Shown piece by piece: positions 1-11,697 of a DNA stretch of 64,000 nucleotides. Every line of letters starts with the position of its first letter. The first letter of the stretch is position 1. Origin of the DNA: Okamejei kenojei. Taxonomy: Eukaryota. Under the pieces are notes generated by a model that did not search any database, had not been told where the DNA came from, and worked only from the letters and a program-made list of their open reading frames with translations. The position numbers and the translations under genes are program-made. The stretch spans positions 35,464,001 through 35,528,000 of the forward strand of contig CM069142.1 in the NCBI GenBank assembly GCA_035221665.1, given 5' to 3'.

Positions 1-1343
1 GGTTAACTCTAAAGGCCCCGAGTGCGGGGTTAGTGCAGGAAAGCGGAGCTAAGGTCAAAGATCAGTCATTTTGTGAAATGATAGACCAGACGAGAACAGG
101 AGGATGGCTTACTCCAGTTTATGTTCAAATAATACTGCAGACGCTGGAGATCTGAGATATAAATAAAATATGCTATAATGATTCAGCATCTATAGAGGGT
201 GGAAAATTAAAAACATTGCAGTTGCTGGAAATCTGAAATATAAAACAGAAAATGCTGTAAGCATTCAGCACATTAGGCCATCTGTGGGAAGAGAAACATA
301 GTTAAAGTTACTTAAACAGTCTTCAATCTGAAAATGTTAACTGTTACTGCAAATATGTAACCTGACCTGCTGAGTATTTCCAGCATTTACTGTTTTTGTC
401 TATGGAGAGGCAACGTTCTTTTTCTCCATTCTTGGTATTTTCAGGATACACACATTTCCTTCAAACCATACTCCGGCCAGATGACACCTTTTATCATTAT
501 CCTCTCTCAGCCAGTCGCACTACTGTTTGTGTCAGTTCATCTCTGAGCTGTGGAATTCTTTGCCATAGATGGCTGAGGAGGCAAAAATCAGTGGATATAT
601 TTAAGGCAGAGATAGATTCTTGATTAATACGGGCTTCAGCAGTTATGGGGAGAAGGCAGGCGAATGGAGTTAGGAGGGAGAGATAGATCATCCATGATGG
701 CGGAGTAGACTTGATGGGCCGAATAGCCTAATTCTGCTCCTATCTCGTATGATCTCCTCATATCCAACCCTGTAACCTTTTGATCTGTCTCTGTACAATC
801 CTATTTTCAAGAATTTAAATCCTATCTAATCTAACTTTCCCCACTTCTACTGAAAGCTTCTTGATGGGGGCATAATTAACCTCAAACTGTGTGATGAACT
901 ATGAACCACAAGGCATGCACAGGTAAAACATTCCCTTCCATTTCAGAATTCATCTTGCTGTTTTTGCATTACAACATACAGGAAATAAATATAAGGTTTA
1001 AAAGGTCATGACCTCAACTAACATGCAACAAACTGTTTCAGTGCACACAAGGGCGAATAAAGTTGGAACACATTTAATTCAATATTTTATTGTGTATTGG
1101 TAGAAAAATAGAAAAATTTCCATTTGAAATTATGCTGGAGTGTCAAGGGTTTGCACTGTGTGGGAATCTGCTGCGATTCAAGTGTAATTCAGCACTAAAA
1201 TCGAATATTGTGTACATCTTTATGTGTATGTCTGGTCTAACTACATGTAATAGTAGCTCCAGTTTACAGGTTCTCATTGAAATGTGTCACAATCCTCAAC
1301 TTGTGTGGAACTGATGAAGATTGTTACTACTGATTGGTTCCAG

Positions 1344-1511
1344 GGAGCAGAAATTCAGAAACAGAAAGTTAAATTGATGGAAAAACGGGAGCAGATTCAG
1401 CTAGTGGAGAAGCAAGCGCAAGAAATCAAAGACCTGCAAGACGAAATAAGTCTGCTAACGCGAAAGGGAGGTCACATTCTTCCTCCTGCCCAACCACCTT
1501 TACCACAGTGA
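1344..1511 (+). CDS. CFAP44: Terminal coding exon of cilia- and flagella-associated protein 44 (WDR52)-like gene
   Basis: Acceptor ttccag|GGA at 1343/1344. Reads GAEIQKQKVKLMEKREQIQLVEKQAQEIKDLQDEISLLTRKGGHILPPAQPPLPQ* (TGA 1509-1511), resembling the CFAP44 C-terminus as recalled (Q.QA..I..L..EI.LL.RKG..ILPP). Upstream exons are outside the window. Confidence 0.8.
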   Translation, partial: GAEIQKQKVKLMEKREQIQLVEKQAQEIKDLQDEISLLTRKGGHILPPAQPPLPQ

Positions 1512-2090
1512 ACTCTGCACCATCTTTAGTATAACTTCCTCTTGTATTTCTAATAGGGGAATTTTGTTTTACTTCAAATAGATGTGATTTTATTCTGGCC
1601 TGAAATGGACATCATATTCATTGTGCACCAAACTTTGTTGTTTTGTTATTGATTAAAAGATGGGCATTCCTTTCAAAGATGTTCAACGTTCACACAACTG
1701 CACCTAAAGAGAAGCATAGCTGGCTGTTTCAGTTGTAGTTAGAAACTGTCCAGGTGAGAGAGTATTGTGGGAAATAGTGGCACTTTTTCAGTTCGGTGCC
1801 TAAAATGTTTTCGACACCCCCTAAAACACACAGTAAAAAACGACGCTAGGGTCGGGTGAGCGGGCGTAGGGAAGGGTAGTGGGATATATCTCAGCTTTTT
1901 TTTCACTTCTTCGTTAGTTCAGGGGTTTTTCTTTTTTCTTTTTCGAAATCCTTTCTTCTTCCTTTCCCTTATTCCTTTTTTATTTTTCCAGATTTACTTA
2001 TTAGCTTATAAAATGTTAAAACTGAAGCTGAACGAAAATTGTATAATTGTTATGTTGATTACTTTCTCCTTGTACAATTGCTTCTAACAT

Positions 2091-2096
2091 AATAAA
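2091..2096 (+). promoter_or_regulatory. Candidate polyadenylation signal for the CFAP44-like gene
   Basis: AATAAA about 580 bp after the stop codon, followed by an A-rich tract. It could instead be a retroelement tail. Confidence 0.3.
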
Positions 2097-2509
2097 TATT
2101 AAAAAAAACAGTAAATTCTGAAATCCCAGTGATATTAAAGAACATTTCATGAACTTACTTTCCTTGGGCAGTGGTTATTTGCTGTACCTTTTGAATGCTG
2201 GTTGTTTTCAGGCCTTTCTAATTTGTGAAAAGGGGTATAGTGGATAATCTAGTAAGATTTTGAGGAATAAGCCATGATCTGATGAATGGCAGGCCAGTCT
2301 CTGGTCCTATATCTTCTGCTCTTATGGTCAAAGAACACCCAATGCACAGATGCTGCCTAGCCCCGTAGGGAAACACATTGCCAAACTGGCACAAGAACAT
2401 GGTGTCATTTTTTTTTTGCTTCTATTATATATACAACAGATTATTTCCTCATTTTATGGTGTGTCTACTGTTAGCACAATTTTAAAACTGCCCACCCAGG
2501 TAATATAGA

Positions 2510-2970
2510 GTCAGAGCACAGAAATAGGTCCTTCAGCCCAACTCATTCATGCCCAGAGATACTCGAGGAGCTCCTCTAGTATCTTTGTTCATGCCTACCA
2601 AGATGTTCCATCTAATCTAGACCCATTTGCCCAGGTTTGCTCCCCTCTCAACCTTCCTATTCATATGCCTGTCCAAGTGTCTTTTAAATACTGTTATAGT
2701 ATCTGCCTCAACTACCTCCTCTGGCACCCAATTCCAAATATCCACAACCCAAGTGAAAACGTTGCCCCTCATCTTAAACCAACATCCTCGGGTTCTTGAT
2801 TCCTCTATCCTGAGTAAAAGACTGTGCATTCATTCTATTTATTCTCCTCTTGATTTTATACACCTTTACAAGATCACACCTCAGCCTCCTGCGCTCCAAG
2901 GAATAAAGTCCTTGCCTAGTCAACTTTCCTTATAGCTCAGGTCCTCAAGTCCTGGCAACATCCTTATAAT
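2510..2970 (-). mobile_element. CR1 LINE 3' fragment
   Basis: Minus-strand remnant SRTRG...WN.VPEEVVEADTITVFKRHLDRHM, typical of the CR1 ORF2 C-terminus, plus 3' UTR. Confidence 0.8.
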
Positions 2971-3988
2971 TCTTTGCCTGGTCCATACTTAATACTCTTA
3001 CTAATGATTGTCAAAATTCATAATAATGTTAATGACTAAATTGTGAAGAAGTATTTTAAATGCCTACATGTATGCTGAAACATTTATAATTCACATAAAG
3101 GAAACATACCTGGTTCTTTGATAAACTTATAAACATACCAGATGTATTTCAATTCACAAATATAATAGAATCATTAATACACATTTCAATACTAACAATG
3201 CTAAACAGTCATTACACCTCGAAGAAAGGGTTATGCCTGCCTAGTCCGAACTAAATTCTGTTCAGATAGAATTCATGTATTAAAAATAAATATGTTTTAT
3301 AATCACAAAGAACACAGAGACTCGATTATCTGAGTGTCCTGCGGACACCAAGTTATTAGTTGGGTCCAATGTTTATTTTCTACGCAAGCCGATTCCCGCT
3401 GAAGCGGATCGTAGATTTTGATTATTGTATTAAACCGTGGTGGTGATGATTGTTGGGTTACTTCTACAACAAAAGAGTACCTAATGACATATTTGCACCA
3501 CAGCTCGCTTCTTCTTATTAGTCGGAGTTAGGTGTCTGAGCGGGATAGTTGGGAGGTCGGTACATGGTATTGTTTATAGGTTACAAATCATGGCGGGAAG
3601 GGAACCTAAAAAGCGGGAATATCCCGCCAAAGCGGGATAGTTGGGAATGTCTATATGCTTATTTCAAACTATATGTGTCTTTTTACAATACTGGAGAGAT
3701 TTTGAGGAACAAGATTATTATTCAGTTTTTTTACACCAATACACTGTTCTTAACAAAAGTCTACCCATCATGTGAAACCTTATAAATAAGATATAAATTA
3801 GATAACTTTAAGACCGAAAGTCAAAAACATTTTGCATGACAGACAAATAAATCTTCATTGTTTTACCACCAATTTGGACACCAAAAATGTGACATTAAAA
3901 ACTCTCCTACATTTAGTCATGAATATTTAATTCATAAATAAACTTCATATGGCCCATTATACATATACGTTTTGATAATGATCTAGGG

Positions 3989-4284
3989 CAGGGGTGGGGA
4001 ACCTTTTCATGTTGGAAGGCCGCATTAAGTTAGCTGTAATCTAATAAACCGCATCCAAGAAATTTCAATTAGATATGGGATTATTTTGTTGAATCTTCTT
4101 GTACTCTTTGGTATTTTAAATTAGTTCATTTTAAGATTAAAATTAAAATAATAAAAGACGAACAAAAAGCATCTTGACAAAAATAAAAGTATTTATGCTA
4201 CAAAATTTGGATTCATACAAAAGGCCGCACTTAATGGCCTAGAAGGCCGCATGCGACCTTAAGGCCGCAGGTTCCCCAATCCTG
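3989..4284. mobile_element. Non-autonomous hAT (Charlie-like) MITE
   Basis: TIRs CAGGGGTGGGGAACC / GGTTCCCCAATCCTG. Perfect 8-bp TSD ATCTAGGG (3981-3988, 4285-4292). Repeated subterminal AAGGCCGCA motifs. Confidence 0.9.
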
Positions 4285-7151
4285 ATCTAGGGAAATATCT
4301 TCAGCAATACCAGGAGAAAAATAGTAACATAAAGATAATACAGTACAATAAAAAGATCCCATAACGGTCGTTGTGCTTGGTGTCCATTGTCACAACGACC
4401 GTTATCGGGGTCGATACCTCCAAACCGCTAATGTTTTTCAAAAACCTAACAAGGTATCCTATGGTAGTAGCGATTTTTGGGCGAGTTCATTATTTTTTCT
4501 TATTATGCGATTTAATCCATCAAAAATATCATGGTGTCAAAATTGCAACGACCGTTTATGATATATTTTCAGACTTTTTAAAATCAATTAAAAAATGTTT
4601 TTGACATAAATTGGTTATCAAAACTAAGAAACTGAGCCAATCTTCAATTTGACAACACACAGTCTCTTGTTTACCTTTTGTACGGACCAAGTCGCTAACT
4701 TCATTCCTTCGTGTTAACTTCGGGAAGCTCCGCAACGACTGTTAGAGAGACATTTTACTTACTAAAATTTCAGCCCAAATCAAACGTTCTGATGAATCAT
4801 CAGCCATCGATATAGCTCAAATCCATAAGGTAATGTACCGTTTAGATTACATTGGTGAAAATGTTTGGTTTTCGCTAATAATGTAACGTCGTTTTCTGGG
4901 ACACCAAACCTTTTAGTGTCCACCGCAATGTACATTTGTGTGTATGATGTGTAACGCGCGTTGCGCTGTCCACTCAGATGGATGTAGCATTCCACTACAT
5001 GATCAGGTGAATGAAGTGAAAACGGTGTTTGCAATTTTATTGTTCCATACGGTATTCATAAACATAGAAACAAATAAGAAATACGTGCACTTACTGTGCC
5101 AACCAGGTCACTGGTGGGCACCACATGACAACCGTTACACAAAGTGTATTTGTGTATTCTGATGCAATTTTCGGAAACTTGCCATCAATATGCTATCTTT
5201 TCTTATATTTTTTGTTGATACTATGTTAGTCATGAACCCAATAAAGTGCTTGTCAACTTTTTTGAAGGAATTTGAAATTTGTTACATTTGTCCCCTTTGT
5301 CACATTTTTGTGTGCAGTATTGTAAAAAGACACATATGCTCGTACTCCTAGATCCCTCTGCTCTTCAACACTTCACAGGACCACTGTGAAGTTCCTACCC
5401 TGATCTGACTTCCCAAATGCAAAACCTCGCTGTCATTAAACTCCAATACCCTTTCCTCAACCCACTCGCCCAGCTGATCAAGATCCAGCTGTAATGTGAT
5501 AATCATCTTCACTTTTTACCACCTACTTCAGTGTCATCTGTAATCCTAATTATGCCTTATACATTCTCATCTAAATCATTGATATAAACCATACACAGCA
5601 ATGGGCACAGCACCGTTCCCTGGAGCACACCATTAGTTAAAGGCCTTCAGTCCAAAAAAACACCTTTCCACCACTACCCACTGCCTCCTTCCATTAAGCC
5701 AATTCTCTATCCATATGTCAGGAAGGCTGAAGAGAAAGCCAGTTTCTATTGCTTTGCATGCTATTATCATTTCAGGTTTTAAACTTACAGATGTTTTTTC
5801 CAAGCAGTCTTTTTACATTTTCTCATCTGAACCCTAACACACAGCACTCTGAAAGGGGGAAGGAGAAATCAAAGAAAGGCAAGAAATTGCAGCTGTCTTC
5901 GGAGAGATCATGGAGCTAACTATGTAGATGACTGCCTGCCTAGATTATTGTGTTCCTCTGGAGTTTTATTTTCCCCATCTAAATAAGAGCACGGTGGGTT
6001 TATGTTACTTGAAAAGATAGGGAAGGCAGAATGATTTAGCATGTTTAAAAGGCTACCTGAAAAAACCGGTTTGCCATATTCTGTGCTGCCAGGAAGGGGG
6101 AATTTGGATTTGGCTGAACTCCTCAGCTGGTTGTCCTCCGATAGAGTTAATTTCAATGGTTTTATGGTTATCCTGGTCTCAGCAACCACCTCTGGTCCCA
6201 ATATACCTCAACATATTAACCTCAACAGTCTAACATTCCCTCTAATCAATCTACAGCACAAATCCAGTTCCTGACTTCCATATGCAAACCCTACCCAATC
6301 CTCTCAGACTCTCTCAACTAGGAAAGAAACCAGTTTACGTGATGAATCAGAGAGACAAGCAGTCTTCTGCCAGGTTCCTTTGGCATCAATAGCATTCAGA
6401 CCCACTGGTTTACGGAAAACACTCTTTGACTTGGTGTTTATTATTACTTTTGCACAGAAGCTAATCTTTTCTTAAAAATACATCTAAACATCTCTAAAAT
6501 TCTGCATTTATAAACAATCAATACAAAAAAATCAGCTGTCACGCAGATAGAAGGAACCCTGCATACACCAAAGGAGCAGTTCTACATCCAGAGAAGTGTC
6601 AACTTTTGATTATTGCCTTTTACATATCCAAGTTGCTTGCTGCTGCGAGGCACAGCTGCATTCCACACCAATCAAAAAATAAACATGTAGCAATGCCTTT
6701 ATCCAGGCCATGCCAAGGCAGTGGGGTTCACAAAGTGTCTGGAGGTCTGACTAGACAGTGCCGGTACAATAATTTAATTACACCTGATCAAATGTCACTG
6801 ATATCAAATAACACATTTACCTTCTTCACACTTAATAATTAGATCATTCTATTTAACAATATATTAAAAAGTTATATTTTAGTGGAAAGATAAATATAAA
6901 TTAAGTGACCAAAAGGATCTACAAGTACAAACAGCCCTTCATTAAGTAATCTTACTTTATGTCTAAATCAAATGCTGGATTATTGATCACCTGAATTCAA
7001 TGTGCAAATAGCTAATTAAGTTTTTGAAAGTCAATATTCTACAGGTTACTGGGATAAAGGTCAGGCAACTCCAGCCCATCTGCACAATGGAGGAATGTAG
7101 GAAGTCTTTCAGGTCCTGAGGGACTTTGTGTGCTGGAACTGAACATGCACA

Positions 7152-7241
7152 TCAACTCTGGTCATCTAACTGAGCTCCGCTAATCTCTCGTAGCTTTGTG
7201 ATCACAGTGAGAGGCAGTCGTCCAGGTTCAGTAAATATTTT
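7152..7241 (-). CDS. GRTP1: GRTP1 terminal coding exon (exon 8 equivalent)
   Basis: 90 bp, ttctag|AAA...TGA. Encodes KIFTEPGRLPLTVITKLREISGAQLDDQS*, resembling the GRTP1 C-terminal KIF.EPG.L motif. Phases are consistent across all six exons. Confidence 0.92.
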   Translation of the reverse strand, partial: KIFTEPGRLPLTVITKLREISGAQLDDQS

Positions 7242-7367
7242 CTAGAACGTTGAGGGTAAAAAAAAGACAACATTAATCAGGACCTGTCATTACTAAAATG
7301 TGGTGTAACAAGTAGTTTGACAGCAACTAAGAGAACACTCCCTGGAAAGGACACAGATTATTATTAT

Positions 7368-7450
7368 CAGTCTGATGAAGGGTCTCGACCCGAAACGTCA
7401 CCCATTCCTTCTCTCCAGAGATGCTGCCTGTCCAGCATTTTGTGTCTACC
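7368..7450 (+). ncRNA. Penelope-derived short repeat with minimal hammerhead ribozyme-like motif
   Basis: CTGATGA-A-GGGTCTCGACCC-GAAAC-GTC at 7372-7399, followed by the cccattccttctctccagagatgctgcctg tail shared by many copies in the window. Confidence 0.6.
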
Positions 7451-7535
7451 TGATTATTATAGCATGGAATCAAGCTATTTGGCCCAACAATTTTAGTTCG
7501 CAAATCGTTAATGTGCTTTGGGCTAATTTTGCTGG

Positions 7536-9233
7536 CATCTTTTCTTCGGTATTCACCAAGGAGAAGGATATTGAACTCTGTGAGTTAAGGGGAAAAAGTA
7601 GAGTAGCTATGGAAACTATGAGATTCAAAGAGGAGGAAGTACTGACACTTTTGAAAAATATAAAAGTGGATAAGTCTCCAGGTCCTGACAGGATATTCCC
7701 TAGGACATTGAGGGAAGTTAGTGTAGAAATAGCAGGAGCTATGACAGAAATATTTCAAATGTCATTAGAAACGGGAATAGTGCCGGAGGATTGGCGTACT
7801 GCGCATGTTGTTCCATTGTTTAAAAAGGGTTCAAAGAATAAACCTAGCAATTATAGACCTAATAGTTTGACGTCAGTGGTGGGCAAATTAATGGAAAGGA
7901 TACTTAGAGATAATATATATATAAGCATCTGGATAAACAGGGTCTGATCAGGAACAGTCAACATGGATTTGTGCCTGGAAGGTCATGTTTGACAAACCTT
8001 CTTGAATTCTTTGAAGCGTAACTAGGGAAATTGATGAGGGTAAAGCATGGATGTTGTCTACATGGATTTCAGTAAGGCCTTTGACAAGGTTCCCCATGGA
8101 AGGTTGGTTAAGAAGGTTCAATCTTTGGGTGTTAATGGCGGAGTAGCAAGATGGATTCAACAGTGGCTGAATGGGAGATGTCAGAGAGTAATGGTGGATG
8201 GCTGTTTGTCAGGTTGGAAGCCGGTGACCAGTGGGGTGCCTCAGGGATCTGTGTTGGGTCCACTGTTGTTTGTCATGTACATCAATGATCTGGATGATGG
8301 GTGGAAAATTGGATAAGTATGCAGATGATACTAAGATAGGTGGTGTTGTGGATAATGAAGTAGATTTTCAAAAGTCTACAGAGAGATTTGGGCCATTTGG
8401 AAAAGTGGGCTGAAAGATGGCAGATGGAGTTTAATGCTGTTAATGTGAAGTGCTACATCTTGGCAGGACAAATCAAAATAGGAAGTACATGGTAAAATGG
8501 TAGGGAATTGAGGAATGCTGTGGAGCAGAGGGATCTAGGAATAACTGTGCATAGTTCCCTGAAGGTGGAATCGCATGTAGATAGGGTGGTAAAGAAAGCC
8601 ATTGGTGTGCTGGCCTTTATAAATCAGAGCATTGAATATAGGAGTAGGGAAGTAATGTTAAAATTGTACAAGGCATTGGTAAGACCAATTCTGGAGTATG
8701 GTGTACAATTTTGGTCGCCTAGTTATAGGAAGGATGTCAACAAAATAGAGAGAGTACAGAGGAGATTACTAGAATGTTGCCAGGGTTCCAGCAACTATGT
8801 TACAGAGAAAGGTTGAACAAGTTAGGTCTTTATTCTTTGGAGCGCAGAAGGTTAAGGGGGGACTTGATTGAGGTCTTTAAAATGATGAAAGGGATAGACA
8901 GAGTTGACGTGGATACGTTTTTCCCATTGAGGGTAGGGAAGATTCAAACAAGAGGGCATGACATGAGAATTAAGGGACAGAGGTTTTGGGGTAACGTGAG
9001 GGGGAACTTCTTTACTCAGAGGGTGGTGGCTGTGTGGAATGAGCTTCCAGCAGAAGTGGTGGAGGCAGGATCGATTTTAACATTTAAGAGTAAAGTGGAT
9101 AGGTATATGGACGTGAAGGGAATGGAGGGGTATGGTCTGAGTGCAGGTAGATGGGACTAGGGGAAAACAAATGGTCGGCACGGACTGGAAGGGCCGAGAG
9201 GGCCTGTTTCCGTGCTGTAATTGTTATATGGTT
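7536..9233 (+). mobile_element. 5'-truncated CR1 LINE (frameshifted ORF2 RT and 3' UTR)
   Basis: [43 protein letters not shown] and ERRRLRGDLIE motifs across several frames. Confidence 0.92.
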
Positions 9234-9365
9234 ATCCCACCTCACTCCTTACAACTTCAATGATCTCAGAGACAGATTTATAAAACAGAAACAGGCCCTG
9301 TGTAGAATACTAATATGCAGGGCAGTTTGACTATATATCTGTGTGTGTGCTTGCATGTACGCATA

Positions 9366-10981
9366 CAGTGCTCTCCATAATGTTTGGCACAAAGACCCAT
9401 CAATTATTTATTTGCCTCTACTCCACAATTTGCGACATGTAATAGAAAAAAAATCACATGTGGTTAAAGTGCACATTGTCAGATTTTAGTAAAGGCCATT
9501 TTAATATATTTTGGAGTCACCATGCAGAAATTACTGCGGTGTTTATACATAGTTCCCCCCCCCCCCCACCATTTCAGGGCACAATAATGTTTGGGCCACA
9601 GCAATGTCATGTGAAAGAAAGTAGTCATGTTTAGTATTTTGTTGCATATCCTTTGCATGCAATGACTGCTAGAAGTCTGTCATTCATGGACATCACCAAT
9701 TACTGGGTGTCTTCTCTGGTGATCCTCTGCCAGGCCTGTATTGCAGCCATCGTTAGCTTATGCCTGTTTTGGGGGCTAGTCCCCTTCAGTTTTCTCTTCA
9801 GCATATAAAAGGCATGCTCAATTGTGTTCAGATCGGGTGATTGACTTGGCCACTCAAGAATTGACATTTTTTTAGCTTTGAAAAACTCCTTTGTTGCTTT
9901 AGCAGTATATTTGGGATCATTATCTTGCTGTAGAATGAACCTCCGGCCAATGAGTTTTAAGGCATTTGTTTGAACTTGAGCTGATAGGATGTGTCTATAC
10001 TTCAGAATTCATTATGCTACTACCATCAGCAGTTGTAGCATCAATGAATATAAATGAGCAAATACCTTCAGCAGCCATACATGCCCACGCCATAACACCC
10101 CCACCACTGTGTTTCACAGATGAGGAGGTATGATTTGGATTTGGGCAGTTCCTTCTCTCCTCCATACTTTGATCTTGCCATCACTGATATAAGTTAATCT
10201 TCATCTCATCTGTCAAGACCTTTTTCCAGAACTGTCATTGCTCATTTAAGTACTTATTGGCAAACTGTAACCCGGCCATCCTATTTTTGCATCTTGCAGT
10301 GTAGCCTCTGTATTTCTGTTCATGAAGTCTTCTGCGGACAGTGGTCATTGACAAATCCACACCTGACTCCTGAAGAGTGTTTCTGATATGACAGACAGGT
10401 GTCTGCGAACTTTTCTTTATTTAGTGAGAATTCCTCTGTCATTAGCTGTGGAGGTCTTCCTTGGCCTGCCAGTCCCTTTGTGATTAGTAAGCTCACCAGT
10501 GCTCTCTTTCTTCTTAATGATGTTCCAAACAGTTGATTTTGGTAAGTCTAAGGTTTGGCTGATGTCTCTAATAATTTTATTTTTGTTTCTGAGTCTCATA
10601 ATGGCTTATTTGACTTTCATTGGCACAACTTTGGTCCTTATTGATAAACAACAACAAAAGTTTCCAAAGGTGATAGAAAGACTGGAGGAAAGACTAGGTG
10701 CTGAGAGCTCTCTTATACCTGTATTAAGGAGGCAATTAAACACACTTGAGCAATTACAAACACCTGTGAAGCCATGTGTCCCAAACATTATGGTGCCCTG
10801 AAATGGGGGGACTATGTAATTTCTACATGGTGAAACCAAAATGTATAAAAATATCCTTTAATAAAATCTGACAATGTGCACTTTAACCACGTGGTTTTTC
10901 TAATACAAATCTCAAATTGTGGAGTATAGAGGTAAATAAATAAATGATGGGTCTTTGTCCCAAAAATTATGGAGCGCACTG
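9366..10981 (-). mobile_element. Full-length but decayed Tc1-family DNA transposon (IR/DR type)
   Basis: TA|CAGTGCTCTCCATAATGTTTGG ... CCCAAAAATTATGGAGCGCACTG|TA. Long (~230 bp) inverted repeats with an internal direct repeat. Transposase remnant ISQTLDLPKSTVWNIIKK...GRPRKTS. Confidence 0.93.
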
Positions 10982-11664
10982 TAAATTCATTGACCCGTGC
11001 ATACCATAGGCTGCCTTTATCATATATGGTATATATGATATGTCATGCATTTTATATACGCAGCTGATTAGGTGAAAGGCGAGGACTAGGAATGTCCATG
11101 TTGCAACTGAGAGGGTGGGGAGGAGCAAGAACAGAGGTGTGGCGTAATGTGTGAGGGCCTCTTCTATGACAGAAGGGGAATTCCTGTTCCCTAAAGAATG
11201 AGGAATCTCAGATGTACTGGTATGGAAAACCTCCTTCCTCAAATTAGGAGACCAAAACTGCACACAATACTCCAGTTGTGGTCTTGCCAGTGCCCTATAC
11301 AACTGCAGAAGAACCTCTCTACTTCTATACTGAAATCATCTTTTTATGAAGGCCAACACTCCATTAGCTTTACTGTCATCCTGTTGAGTTCCACTGTCTA
11401 TTATCTCATTATCACCTATCCCACAGCCAACAATGGACCATTGTGGGCTCAACATTTTGTTGATTATAATTACTTACTGCATATCTTCCATTCATTTGTC
11501 CTAAGTACCGTCGCTATCTCTCATTCCCCTTTCCCTTCATTCTCAATCTGAGAAGGGTCTCAACCCGAAACATCGTCTATTCCTTTTCTCCAGAGATGCT
11601 GCATAAGCCGCTGAGTTGCTCCATAATTTTGTATCTGTCTTCAGTTTAAACCAGCATCTGCAGC

Positions 11665-11695
<31 letters not shown>

Positions 11696-11697
11696 AT

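Noticed and set aside
5920-6274. Overlapping ORFs between the two genes as an extra exon or gene
   Set aside because: No recognisable homology or convincing exon boundaries; likely UTR or intergenic sequence.
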